Virus record (IMG/VR): IMGVR_UViG_3300031994_000022
From: a virus
Lineage: Duplodnaviria > Caudoviricetes
Direction: 5' to 3' (one strand)
DNA: 64,000 nt
The position numbers and the translations under genes are program-made. Of this stretch, positions 41,984 through 51,190 are shown piece after piece (the first letter of the stretch is position 1; each line of letters begins with the position of its first letter). A model generated the notes under the pieces. That model worked only from the letters and a program-made list of their open reading frames with translations, was not told the DNA's origin and ran no database searches.

Positions 41984-42209
41984 AATAACTAATTCTAATA
42001 TAAATAATTTTTCTTCATGTCACCATGAAGTTCAGACCATATCAAACTCCTAATAGGAGTGTCCCCATTTCGAGCACTTGCTCTACGTCTTATGACTGGT
42101 CGTTGAACCTTTTTGCTTACGCAAACTTGGCTGCTGATTGTCTCATTGAGAGTTCCCAGCAATTAGAGGACTTTCGACATATAGTTACCTATATGAAGCG
42201 CATTAATTT

Positions 42210-42750
42210 ACGAATTCTGACTTTGTTCTACTCCCCACATTTCCATTTGCTTACCCTTGTACATCCATTGAAATTTATATCCACAAGGAAGAATCGCCCA
42301 TGTTGGAAAGTCATTATTATACAAACTTGCAGTCGCAACCACAAGCCATCTATTCCATACACCCTTTTCATTTTTGATATCACAATATAATCCCGTAGGA
42401 AATACACTGGATACCACATCTGAAAATTTCTCTTTATAATAAGGTATAGTACATTCGTAAGATGGTTTAAACATAATACGAAGATCAACTTCATCCTTAT
42501 TTAACGACTTATATGCTGATAAAATATATTTTATTTCTACCGGTATTTTTGTTTTAGAACATTCTGGATGAAGATTAGTATTTTTGCCTTTTTCATCATC
42601 ATGTTCGTAATCATAAAAATACGCTATCATACTAGCTGGATCATCATACCAAGTATGCTCAATAATATCTTGAGCCTCATAACTGTGACGTTGTCCATTA
42701 GTATGAACACCACCAACACTAAGACTACGTTTGTAATCATTAAAATTCAT
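42210..42750 (-). CDS. Neck/head-closure protein, exon 1
   Basis: ATG at 42750 after GGAGGTG; 541 nt + 647 nt = 1188 nt, in frame (395 aa). Confidence 0.75.
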
Positions 42751-42763
42751 AGCGCAACACCTC

Positions 42764-43114
42764 CTAATCTTGAGGTGCATTTTTTGCACTTTGGATTTTC
42801 ATAATCTCAGCACCAGCATCAAGTATCAGTTTACGATACTTAGCAAAATCAAAGTTTTCGGTTATACTATTTTTGGCTTCTTCTAACAAACTAAGTACCG
42901 TTACTAACTCTGGTGGTTCTCCGAGTAATTCATTAAGACCGGATATTCGCCAAAGTAGAGTAGTATTAGCTTGTTCTAGATTTACTTCCGGAAACTTTTC
43001 TTTAGTTTCCAAATCTTCCGCTACAAGTAGCAAGAAGAATATTCTCTTACGTAACACTTCCTTTATTTCCGAGATTTGCATATCTGCAAACTCGCCATAC
43101 TTATGTGGATACAT
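42764..43114 (-). CDS. Hypothetical head-completion region protein
   Basis: Likely ATG at 43114 in TAATG overlap with the upstream stop. Confidence 0.55.
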   Translation of the reverse strand: MYPHKYGEFADMQISEIKEVLRKRIFFLLLVAEDLETKEKFPEVNLEQANTTLLWRISGLNELLGEPPELVTVLSLLEEAKNSITENFDFAKYRKLILDAGAEIMKIQSAKNAPQD

Positions 43115-43575
43115 TAGACGTTGCCTAAATAAGGGTTCCAAATATAACCCTTATCCCTTAGCATTGATCTTACTTTGTTTTCGGCATCTTCTAATATTCC
43201 ACGAAGTTCACTAATGTGAGCTGATTGTGAATAGTATTTCTGTTCTTTACTATTAGTAATCATTTGATTAAGTAAAGTAGTAGTCCTAAGTATAGGACTC
43301 AACCATTCACATATCATTTGACAACCAAGCAATTCCTCAACAAAGTTTTTGTCTGTATATTCATTAACGGAAGAAGTAAGAGTGTAATCAATTTCGGCAA
43401 TTTCATCATCTGCCGAAAATGATTCAAATATTCTGATTATGTACGGCTGGCTTAGAGCAGAACGAAGCCATTCTAACATCTGCTCAGTAGCATTAGGTTC
43501 GGGGAGTTCCGCGAACTTGTAGTCCCGTATTTTAATCAGAAATCTTGAATAGATATCATTGTAAGTAGAGGTCAT
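43114..43575 (-). CDS. Putative head-tail adaptor
   Basis: T.Y..IY..FL.KI.DY...M..EWL...YSQ..H...L motif; position after the capsid genes. Confidence 0.6.
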   Translation of the reverse strand: MTSTYNDIYSRFLIKIRDYKFAELPEPNATEQMLEWLRSALSQPYIIRIFESFSADDEIAEIDYTLTSSVNEYTDKNFVEELLGCQMICEWLSPILRTTTLLNQMITNSKEQKYYSQSAHISELRGILEDAENKVRSMLRDKGYIWNPYLGNV

Positions 43576-43592
43576 AATACACCTCCCTTAAA

Positions 43593-44132
43593 TTACTGTT
43601 CAGCAAAAAGTTCGCCAACAAGATTGAGATCTGTACCAAATATTTCATCGAGAGCTTTAATCTTTTTTACGCTATCAAGACGACCATTTGCCACTTGAGT
43701 AGAAGCAATTTTCTTAAGAGATTCGATTGCTGTTTTTGGCAATGCATTAATAGCGTCCACCATTTTTGGTGTATCTAAATCAAGAATACCTTTAAGGTCT
43801 TTAATTGATACCTGATCCTCATAAAACTTTTTTATAGCTGGAAACTCAGCTATAAAATCTTCATCGTCTATAATAAAATATGGATTATAGACATATTCAG
43901 ATTTAGTTCTGACGGCAGCCACAAGATCACGATATTCAATCTCAGTTACATCTCCATAATCTAAAAATGAATAAAGCATACCTGTTTTACTACCTTCGTA
44001 AAAAAGACCACCTTGTACTACAGAATGACACAATATACCATCGTTCTGCTGAAATGTCTTTTTAGCTTTTTCTTCTGTTGGTTCAACTTTGTCAGTTACA
44101 GTTCTTTTTTGCATTGTTTTTGTAGCCATCAT
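43593..44132 (-). CDS. Hypothetical head-associated protein
   Basis: Position after the capsid gene; LDS.KKIK.L.EIF motif. Confidence 0.55.
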   Translation of the reverse strand: MMATKTMQKRTVTDKVEPTEEKAKKTFQQNDGILCHSVVQGGLFYEGSKTGMLYSFLDYGDVTEIEYRDLVAAVRTKSEYVYNPYFIIDDEDFIAEFPAIKKFYEDQVSIKDLKGILDLDTPKMVDAINALPKTAIESLKKIASTQVANGRLDSVKKIKALDEIFGTDLNLVGELFAEQ

Positions 44133-44157
44133 TCTTCTCCTTTTACTCATAAAAATA

Positions 44158-44177
44158 GGAGAGGACTAAGCCTCTCC
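44158..44177 (-). terminator. Terminator after the major capsid gene
   Basis: GGAGAGG/CCTCTCC stem plus T-run on the minus strand. Confidence 0.65.
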
Positions 44178-44190
44178 ATAATCGACGTAA

Positions 44191-45297
44191 TTAAATTGTC
44201 CACTGACCAAACTGATTAGAGATAACTGTTGCAACACCCCAACGTCTCTGAACTTCTTGAGTCATAAGATCGCTCTGGTAATCGCCACGCTCTGTCTTTT
44301 CGAGAATCTCTGTATCACCTTCGTCAACAAATTTAACGAATTTTCCCTCTTCACCAGTAGCCGGAAGAATAAGAAGTACGTTTGAAGCAAATACTTTCTG
44401 CTGAAGAGTTCTATCCTTGAAACGGTTAGGGATAACCATAAGTTTAGCACCCTCATACATTCCAATTGTACCTGTCTCCATAAGAGATGTCTTCATATCA
44501 GCAGCTGCCCACTGAACATCAGCAAGACCACTAAGTTTTGAAAGTGCAGCCTTTGTTCCGAGAATAACTACATCAGAACCATTACCAACTGCAGCTACGT
44601 TATCAACAATAGCGTCAAACTGTGGCTTTGTAGCCTGTGAAAGAATACCAGTTCCAACGAATCCAGTCTGAACAGGAAGCTTTGAAGCTGCTGTAGAAAT
44701 CTCTGCGTATACTTCCTCCTGAATTGCTGCAATATAAGACTCTGTAATCTTAGCAACCATCTTTGACCAATCAAACATTCCTGTGACATATCTGTTGATA
44801 TCTTCACCAATTTTGATTGCGTGAAGGGTAGTCTTTACGCTAAATCTTTCACCAGCTCCGATTCTCTGGATAATATGATCGTGATGAGATGTTCCAGCCT
44901 TTGCTACTGCAAGAAGAGCATCGTTCTCTACATAGAAATCCTGTCTATCATGATATGCAATAGACTTATCCTCCACAAACTGGTTATACCAGTCGCTCTG
45001 CTGAAGTCCTATTACCATAGTCTGGTCGATGACATCTTCTATCACGTCGAACCAAGATCTCTGATTGTCTCTTATAGCTCTACGAACAGCCTTCTTGTCA
45101 TTTATATCTGTTATTCCAAGAACCTGTCTTGAAAAATCAAGTATCTTTGCGTTTGCATCAGCCTTAGAAATCTTCTCACCATCAGCATAAATTTCACGAC
45201 CAAGTGCAACGTCAAGCATGAGATTTGTCATGCCTTCATAATCTGTATCCATAGCTGCAAATACAGCCATTGTATGTTCATTAAAATTCTTAGCCAT
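44191..45297 (-). CDS. Major capsid protein
   Basis: 368 aa; order portal-scaffold-decoration-capsid; strong RBS and terminator; I.GT..AL...G..G.Y.G..L HK97-like motifs. Confidence 0.8.
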   Translation of the reverse strand: MAKNFNEHTMAVFAAMDTDYEGMTNLMLDVALGREIYADGEKISKADANAKILDFSRQVLGITDINDKKAVRRAIRDNQRSWFDVIEDVIDQTMVIGLQQSDWYNQFVEDKSIAYHDRQDFYVENDALLAVAKAGTSHHDHIIQRIGAGERFSVKTTLHAIKIGEDINRYVTGMFDWSKMVAKITESYIAAIQEEVYAEISTAASKLPVQTGFVGTGILSQATKPQFDAIVDNVAAVGNGSDVVILGTKAALSKLSGLADVQWAAADMKTSLMETGTIGMYEGAKLMVIPNRFKDRTLQQKVFASNVLLILPATGEEGKFVKFVDEGDTEILEKTERGDYQSDLMTQEVQRRWGVATVISNQFGQWTI

Positions 45298-45316
45298 TAT
45301 TCTTTCCTCCTTCCTA

Positions 45317-45793
45317 TTAGATTACGTACTTACCATTAGCATAAGTAACAGCAGTACCAGCAGAAGGAGTACCATTAAATCCCTCTGTAGAAACTTCATA
45401 TACATCACCAATCATAAGACGAGCACCCTGACATACATCATCCTTCTCATTTACGAAAAGTCTCTCGTCCTTAAGTTCTCTCTCTACATACTCACTAACT
45501 GCACTGTTGTACATATAAAGAACTTCGTCAGCAGGAAGGTCTGTAACCTCTACATACCAATAACCTGGCTTTGCAGGAACTTCCTCATTAATTATTCCCT
45601 TAAAACCATTAGGTACTGTATCTTGCTCATACTGATCAAAAGATACATAATCGCCACGACCACAAAGCTGACCATTGTCAACTAAATTATCCTGAATAAC
45701 AATGTTGTATACATGTGCATAATTTCCATTCATTGATGCAATCTTAGAAGGAAAAGATGCCATATGCTTATTTGTTGTAACATCAATTTTCAT
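45317..45793 (-). CDS. Putative capsid decoration protein
   Basis: DNG...G...L..GD.(Y/F)EVS..GF pattern; lies between scaffold and capsid. Confidence 0.6.
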   Translation of the reverse strand: MKIDVTTNKHMASFPSKIASMNGNYAHVYNIVIQDNLVDNGQLCGRGDYVSFDQYEQDTVPNGFKGIINEEVPAKPGYWYVEVTDLPADEVLYMYNSAVSEYVERELKDERLFVNEKDDVCQGARLMIGDVYEVSTEGFNGTPSAGTAVTYANGKYVI

Positions 45794-45872
45794 TATTGCC
45801 TTTCTCCTTTCAAATTTTTGACAAAAAAATAAGACCCAAATTTTGAGTCTTTTGATTTACTTTATTATTTTT

Positions 45873-47663
45873 TTACTTTGAAAATATTCCACCATATCTA
45901 GAAGATGACTTAGCAGCCTTCTTAGATGGATTACCAAATAGTTTCATACCAACCTGTTTCTTCTCAGGTTCTTCAGATGAAAACTCAATTTTATTGTGCT
46001 TTGAATACTCAAGCAACATTTTGTCAAGCTTATCAGTTAGCTCATCCGTAGAGAGATCGAAGTAATTCTCTCGCTTTGATAACTCGACAAATTCCTTGGT
46101 TTCTCGAATATTCTTCCAATCCTCTGACTGAAGAATTTCCTTCTTTGCTGGTTCGGACTCGTACTTTGCAAGTTTTTCCTCAATAGCAGAGTAGCTAGTT
46201 TTCATCTGTTCAAGAGCATTCTTCTCATCAGCAGATAAGAACGAAACAAATGTTTCAATTCTATCACCCTTAAGTGAATATACATCTTTCTTTACAGAAT
46301 AAGACTGACGATAGTGCTTATTATTCCACCAATCGTGGAATTCAACTATCTTAGTTTCTTCAATAACATCACAATCATACCATGCACCATCAGACTCACC
46401 GTAAGTATCATTTACAAGAATTGTAAGAGCATTCAGCTTTTCCTTGAGTGATACTGAATAATCTTTCTTTGCACCCTTAACAGACACAGTATAATTTACG
46501 GAATAGTAATTAACATCTTCTGGATCTTCGGTATTATCATCAGGTTCATCAGGTTGTTCTTCTTCCTCAGATTGTACTTCAGGAGTATCGTCTTTATCAT
46601 CAGGATTCTCATCATCGTCCTGATTTTCCTTGTCATCATCATCCTTGTCGCCATCCTCATCGTCATCGTCTTGATCCTCATCGTCAACAATTACCGAATC
46701 ATCATCTTCAGACTTCTTACGCTTTTTCGGACTATCTTCAAAGTTTTCTGTAGAAGGAGTGAAATGCTCTGCAAATACTGCTTCGAGTTCCTCATCTGAA
46801 AGTCCTTCGTACTCAAAATCAATTTCATCAATTGACTTTCCATATTGTTCTAAAAGCTTTTCAAACATTGGTTTTGGATTACCTCCTTCCTCTAGAATTT
46901 CGTTGTTTATATTAAGGTTATCTATTTTCTCGTTAAGAGCAGATAACATCTCAATAACTTTTTCATTCTGTGAGAATATACTATTATTCTCGACACTAAA
47001 GTCGGCAATTGAAATATTGCTTCCAACCATACCAGGCTTTACTTCTTCGCCTGTGTAACGATTCTCTTCAAGTATTGTGACTCCACTAAATCTAAACTTG
47101 TCTATACACAATACTTTCTCTTTAGAGTCATAAGATAATTCATCTACAAATAACTCTACACTCACAGACAATCTCTTTTCTCTTTCTATAATTTCTGCTG
47201 CTTTACTGTATGTTTTCCAAATAATACCAGTACCGTCAACATAAGTCTTATCCATATCTACATCATATACTAATTTAAGATCGGCTGATTCCGGTATACA
47301 GCCAACTGGGATTTCCTCATATACGGTTTCACCATCATCATTAACATACAACTCATGACTAGCAAAAACATCTTTCTCACCATTGTTATATATATATCCT
47401 AAGATTGGCATATTATACGCAGTAGGCAAAGCATTCTCCATAGCCTTTTCAGATATAAAACTTTGGTTGGCATTTTTCTCTGTGTGACAAAGTCTGATAG
47501 GACAATACATATTCAATTCATCATCTTCAGACTGATCATATGTAAACGGTTCATCTATATGAACTACAATGGTAGTGTCATTATCAGCAGAACTGAATTT
47601 TACATTCTTATTCTGAGTTACATAATAATTATATAAATCAGAGAGATATAAGAGTTTTTTCAC
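45873..47663 (-). CDS. Prohead protease/scaffold protein
   Basis: N-domain with H...N.N.S.I, PILG, SVE, F.GVT.L....PGM; long acidic linker; coiled-coil C-terminus; GTG start. Confidence 0.7.
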   Translation of the reverse strand: MKKLLYLSDLYNYYVTQNKNVKFSSADNDTTIVVHIDEPFTYDQSEDDELNMYCPIRLCHTEKNANQSFISEKAMENALPTAYNMPILGYIYNNGEKDVFASHELYVNDDGETVYEEIPVGCIPESADLKLVYDVDMDKTYVDGTGIIWKTYSKAAEIIEREKRLSVSVELFVDELSYDSKEKVLCIDKFRFSGVTILEENRYTGEEVKPGMVGSNISIADFSVENNSIFSQNEKVIEMLSALNEKIDNLNINNEILEEGGNPKPMFEKLLEQYGKSIDEIDFEYEGLSDEELEAVFAEHFTPSTENFEDSPKKRKKSEDDDSVIVDDEDQDDDDEDGDKDDDDKENQDDDENPDDKDDTPEVQSEEEEQPDEPDDNTEDPEDVNYYSVNYTVSVKGAKKDYSVSLKEKLNALTILVNDTYGESDGAWYDCDVIEETKIVEFHDWWNNKHYRQSYSVKKDVYSLKGDRIETFVSFLSADEKNALEQMKTSYSAIEEKLAKYESEPAKKEILQSEDWKNIRETKEFVELSKRENYFDLSTDELTDKLDKMLLEYSKHNKIEFSSEEPEKKQVGMKLFGNPSKKAAKSSSRYGGIFSK

Positions 47664-47700
47664 TTCTCCATATTCCTCCTTTCTTTAAAAATAACAAAAC

Positions 47701-47730
47701 GCAGAGCAGACCTTTTACAATCTACTCTGC
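47701..47730 (-). terminator. Terminator-like hairpin closing the RNA cluster
   Basis: GCAGAGUAGAU/GUCUGCUCUGC followed by GUUUUGUUAUUUU. Confidence 0.6.
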
Positions 47731-49398
47731 AACCGTAATCAATACGGTTCTCTCCTTATATGTGCCTCCATTGGACACTTCATTGAGAGGTGTGGAGGCT
47801 TCTGTCAAAATGACCCGACGTGGTACGCATCAAAGTGAGAGGCGTGTCGGGTTCTGTCCAATATAAAAGGAGCTGTGTGTACCAGCTCCAATTCCTCGCA
47901 ATATTGGCAGTAATTACAGTTTACTGCCGATAATTCCTTAGCGAGTCTCGGCGTTTTTCTTTTCAGATATCTGCATCCTAGTCAGGGTAAGACTGCCGCA
48001 GCTTACGGTAGAACCTCCACGTAAGAACCTGACAAACCTTACGCTTCAACGGTTAAACTTAACTAGTGAGTAATATTCTAACCGTTACTCGCGGTACGAA
48101 AATGTCACGAAAACTATATACTATTCGTGACACAATCTCAGCTCCTCCTACCAATAGGATAGGTGAGTAAGTAGATAATGCGTAGTCCCGGTGTTAACAC
48201 ATAACACTTACCACGACGGAGGCAGGATACTACGACTTACAATATCTGTCAGAGCGTACTCCACATGGAAGTCTGACAATCCCATGCTTCACAGCAGATC
48301 CGCCAATACCCAAGGGCGAAGAGTAGTTTAAGTGCTTAACTCAGGCACAAACATTTTCAAACCGACCTTTTATATTGCGGTAATCGGTCTCCGCATGGGT
48401 TCTGTTTATTTTGCAACTTTCATTTGATGGCTTATGGTAAGTTGCCACCTTTATACATCTCCACATTCACCGCATACCATCACGGATTCCGCTTCATAGA
48501 CATCTACACTTAGGCGGTGAACACCATGTATTGGCTCTGTTCTCGCTCCACTCTTGTGTCTTTACCACAGATTTAAAGTCTACACCTACGCTACTGACTA
48601 CCAATATTTTGAATCGCTAGAAGTTTTAAGTCGTCCTAAAGACCATATGGTTATCCGATATTGCAGTGTTTTACAGATTCGTCATCCAACCATATGAACA
48701 CCTCTGGAAACGTGCCTCCTCGGAATAGGGCTACACCAGTACCATTACGCACCTACGTGTTTAGGTCTTTTCGTTGACCAAATATTAAAGCGACTCGGCG
48801 CGGATCTTCACCGCCATCGTGCTAGTTATAGGGAATTCGCCTCGGTTACCAACCTTAACGCCGCTTATAATAATCCACTTTTTATTTGGAAGCGATGGGA
48901 CACTTCGTTTGAATCACTAGGAGTTTTAGGTCATCCTAAAGACCGCTCGTAATGGGTTTAATGTCTCCATACCGACAAAAAGAACGGCATTGATGCTGGC
49001 ATCGCTACCGCTGAAAAACCTTTGGCTTTTCGTTCATAATCCACCGTTGTAGCATAGGTCGTGGGACACCTACCGCACCGTTCTTGGAATTTCTTTGTTG
49101 TGGGAGTTACCCACTTCATTATTTTTCCTCACACTTCGCCGCCACACTAAATGACTATAAAGGTTCTCACTTGAATTTTAAGGTGGACGAGATATTCCAC
49201 CAGTAGAGTTATTGCGCATTACGGTAACTTCGCTTACCTCGGTACTGTCGGTTAAGGGAGCCGACTCCTATTGGATAGCTGACAACATATCACCTATTGC
49301 CGAGCTTTCATGGTATATTTAACGCCCCCCACTAGGGAAAGAGGTGCTATCCGTTGTCCTCTTATATTTTACTGCCCTATCAAAACCATCATAGGACT

Positions 49399-49502
49399 CT
49401 TCACCCGGTCAATTTTTATTTTACCGACGAGTCAGAACCGTCACTCGTCATCTTCGCTCGGTCAGTTTTTATATTACCGACGAGTCAGAACCGTCACTCG
49501 TC
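49399..49502. repeat. Two-copy tandem repeat, 53-nt period
   Basis: CTTC...CGGTCA.TTTTTAT.TTACCGACGAGTCAGAACCGTCACTCGTC at 49399-49449 and 49452-49502. Confidence 0.95.
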
Positions 49503-49571
49503 TCATCTATTATGGAATTATTTTTTGTTTTATTTGGTTGATTTGGATCATTTGCGTAATACCATTTAAAA

Positions 49572-49595
49572 AAGACGACAAATTAACGTCGTCTT
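49572..49595 (-). terminator. Terminator after the portal gene
   Basis: AAGACGAC/GTCGTCTT stem plus T-run on the minus strand. Confidence 0.7.
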
Positions 49596-49621
49596 AAAAA
49601 TATTGTTTTATTATCTAAAAG

Positions 49622-51178
49622 TTATCCTTCGCTCCTTGCCCTAGAACGTTCACCTGAATCAGATAAATCTCCTTCATCTACTTGTGGTCTTCCTTGTCCA
49701 ATTTCAGAAGTATATCCATCTTCAGTACCACTTTGGGTATAAGATGAATTTAGAGGACGAAGTTTATCACTAAGACCTAATAATTCTTCTTCTACATAAT
49801 TCATACAGATAGTGTCTTTTTCACTAAATCCATTAAGAGTATTGATAGCTAACTTAGTTGGTAATCCATACTGACCAGACGAAAGTAGCTGTTCTCTATA
49901 GTCTGACTTTGTATATGTTGAAATTGGCATAAAACGTACTTTGCAGTCATCGGCACCCTCATAACTAAGCATCCTCATTACCCAAGATTGTATTTGTGGT
50001 AGAAGAGAAGAGATGGCAAATTCTGTGTTGGCAATGGTAGCCATCTTAAATGCATAAGTATTATTGATGGTAGCACCATTAAGTATTTCAGCACCACCAG
50101 CCGTATTTAGTACTTGCTCTGTAGCTTTAGCAACTTTAGTAGTATCAGTTGCTTTATCATCACCAAAGCTTATTTCATGCAATTGTCCAGGAACAATGGC
50201 AGTAGCTATATAATCCGGAATACTATCATTAAGCTTATCAAAATATGGTAATGAAAGATCCGGGTCGATTTTCCAATCGTCTATTCGCTTCGATCCGGTT
50301 ATGGTTTCTAATTCGTACCACAGAAGCTTGTATACGCTCGCAGCATCCCCCGCTGCTTGAATGTCCTCAAGGTCTGCAAGATTTATAATACTATTAAATA
50401 TACCGCTCCAGGGACTGACTATTACATCCAAATCTTCAATTCTAAACTTCATACAAACTTGATACTTAGAATCTATCAGTTGCCACTTTTCACCAGTGCT
50501 TTGATAATTTTTCCAAACATCTTCAAATACTTCTGGTATATATTCAATAAGTTCTTGTCTATTTCTTAGCCATGAGGCATCAAAAAAATAAGACAGATCA
50601 CCTGTCATAAATTTTCCAGCTATCTTACAATAATCAGCTGGTAATTGCATATGAAATACCCCAGTATCATCATGAATATAGATACCATAATAAATATCTT
50701 GAACAAAACAAGTAAATATTATTGGATAAAATTCCTGCTGTAATCTCATTATTGAAACTGCATCAAGAGTATTTTGATAAGATTTCATTATCTTATCAGC
50801 ATTATTTTCTTTGACTAAATCATATTTAGGAATAATGCTTCGACAATCTAAACAAAACATTTCACTAAAGAAATGAACAATCCTATAAAATACATGAGAC
50901 CTATACAGAAGGTACCAGGCTAACGCTCGCAAATTCTTTTCTTGAGATCCGATATTTTGTAAATATTGTCTTAATCTTTCTTTATCAAAAGTAGTAATTG
51001 TTTTATTATAAGTCTTACCAATATCTCTTAATTGTTTAAGCATCTTATCTTTATTTTCAGTAGCAAAATTTGTAACCATATCTAAACGGTCTTTATTTTT
51101 GCTATACCAATCTTTTATTTCAGCCACTGTCGGCTGTTTAGGTGCATTCGACACCTGTGTAGTCTTTGTTCGTGCCAA
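49622..51178 (-). CDS. Portal protein
   Basis: Follows terminase; LP.DYCKI, PL.SSYTQS and GRP motifs seen in SPbeta-like portals. Confidence 0.8.
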   Translation of the reverse strand: MARTKTTQVSNAPKQPTVAEIKDWYSKNKDRLDMVTNFATENKDKMLKQLRDIGKTYNKTITTFDKERLRQYLQNIGSQEKNLRALAWYLLYRSHVFYRIVHFFSEMFCLDCRSIIPKYDLVKENNADKIMKSYQNTLDAVSIMRLQQEFYPIIFTCFVQDIYYGIYIHDDTGVFHMQLPADYCKIAGKFMTGDLSYFFDASWLRNRQELIEYIPEVFEDVWKNYQSTGEKWQLIDSKYQVCMKFRIEDLDVIVSPWSGIFNSIINLADLEDIQAAGDAASVYKLLWYELETITGSKRIDDWKIDPDLSLPYFDKLNDSIPDYIATAIVPGQLHEISFGDDKATDTTKVAKATEQVLNTAGGAEILNGATINNTYAFKMATIANTEFAISSLLPQIQSWVMRMLSYEGADDCKVRFMPISTYTKSDYREQLLSSGQYGLPTKLAINTLNGFSEKDTICMNYVEEELLGLSDKLRPLNSSYTQSGTEDGYTSEIGQGRPQVDEGDLSDSGERSRARSEG

Positions 51179-51190
51179 GTCGCACCTCCT

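Larger units (their letters stand above)
40868..42209 (-). mobile_element. Group I intron (1342 nt) with LAGLIDADG ORF
   Basis: P AAUUGCUGGGAA; Q AAUCAGCAG; R GUUCAACGACCA; S UGAUAUGGUCU; P1 CGU|A with UGCG; terminal G at 40868. Splicing restores ...QSQNS-Y-NSGVW... Confidence 0.9.
47695..49510 (-). ncRNA. Large structured non-coding RNA cluster (family unassigned)
   Basis: ~1.85 kb with no credible ORF, visibly GC-richer than flanks, dense hairpins, three internally duplicated motifs, bracketed by terminator-like hairpins. Strand inferred from G.U-compatible pairing and terminator polarity. Confidence 0.75.

Noticed and set aside
42025-42390. Plus-strand 121-aa ORF and the other short overlapping ORFs in the track
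   Set aside because: Shadow frames of the intron core or of real minus-strand genes; no RBS or recognisable motifs.
46700-46740. SV40-like NLS (PKKRKK) in the scaffold protein
   Set aside because: Short basic patch in a low-complexity linker of a bacterial phage protein; most likely coincidental.
47660-47671. Met-Glu-Lys-stop micro-ORF overlapping the scaffold GTG
   Set aside because: Its SD spacing is only 3 nt, whereas the same AGGAGG lies 11 nt from the GTG; no regulatory role needs to be invoked.
48608-48944. Pistol or twister ribozyme
   Set aside because: Superficial similarity (UUAGG loop pseudoknot; GUCCCA loop), but the pistol P2/P3 junction and the twister UAA/conserved core are not present.
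49399-49502. Mini CRISPR array
   Set aside because: Only two near-identical units with no unique spacers and no cas genes in the window.
47695-49510. Group II intron, group I intron or tmRNA
   Set aside because: No domain V, P/Q/R/S set or tRNA-like ends were seen, and both flanking genes look complete.
49310-49597. Plus-strand ORFs of 95 and 71 aa with repeated peptides
   Set aside because: By-products of the 53-nt tandem repeat; no RBS and antisense to the operon.
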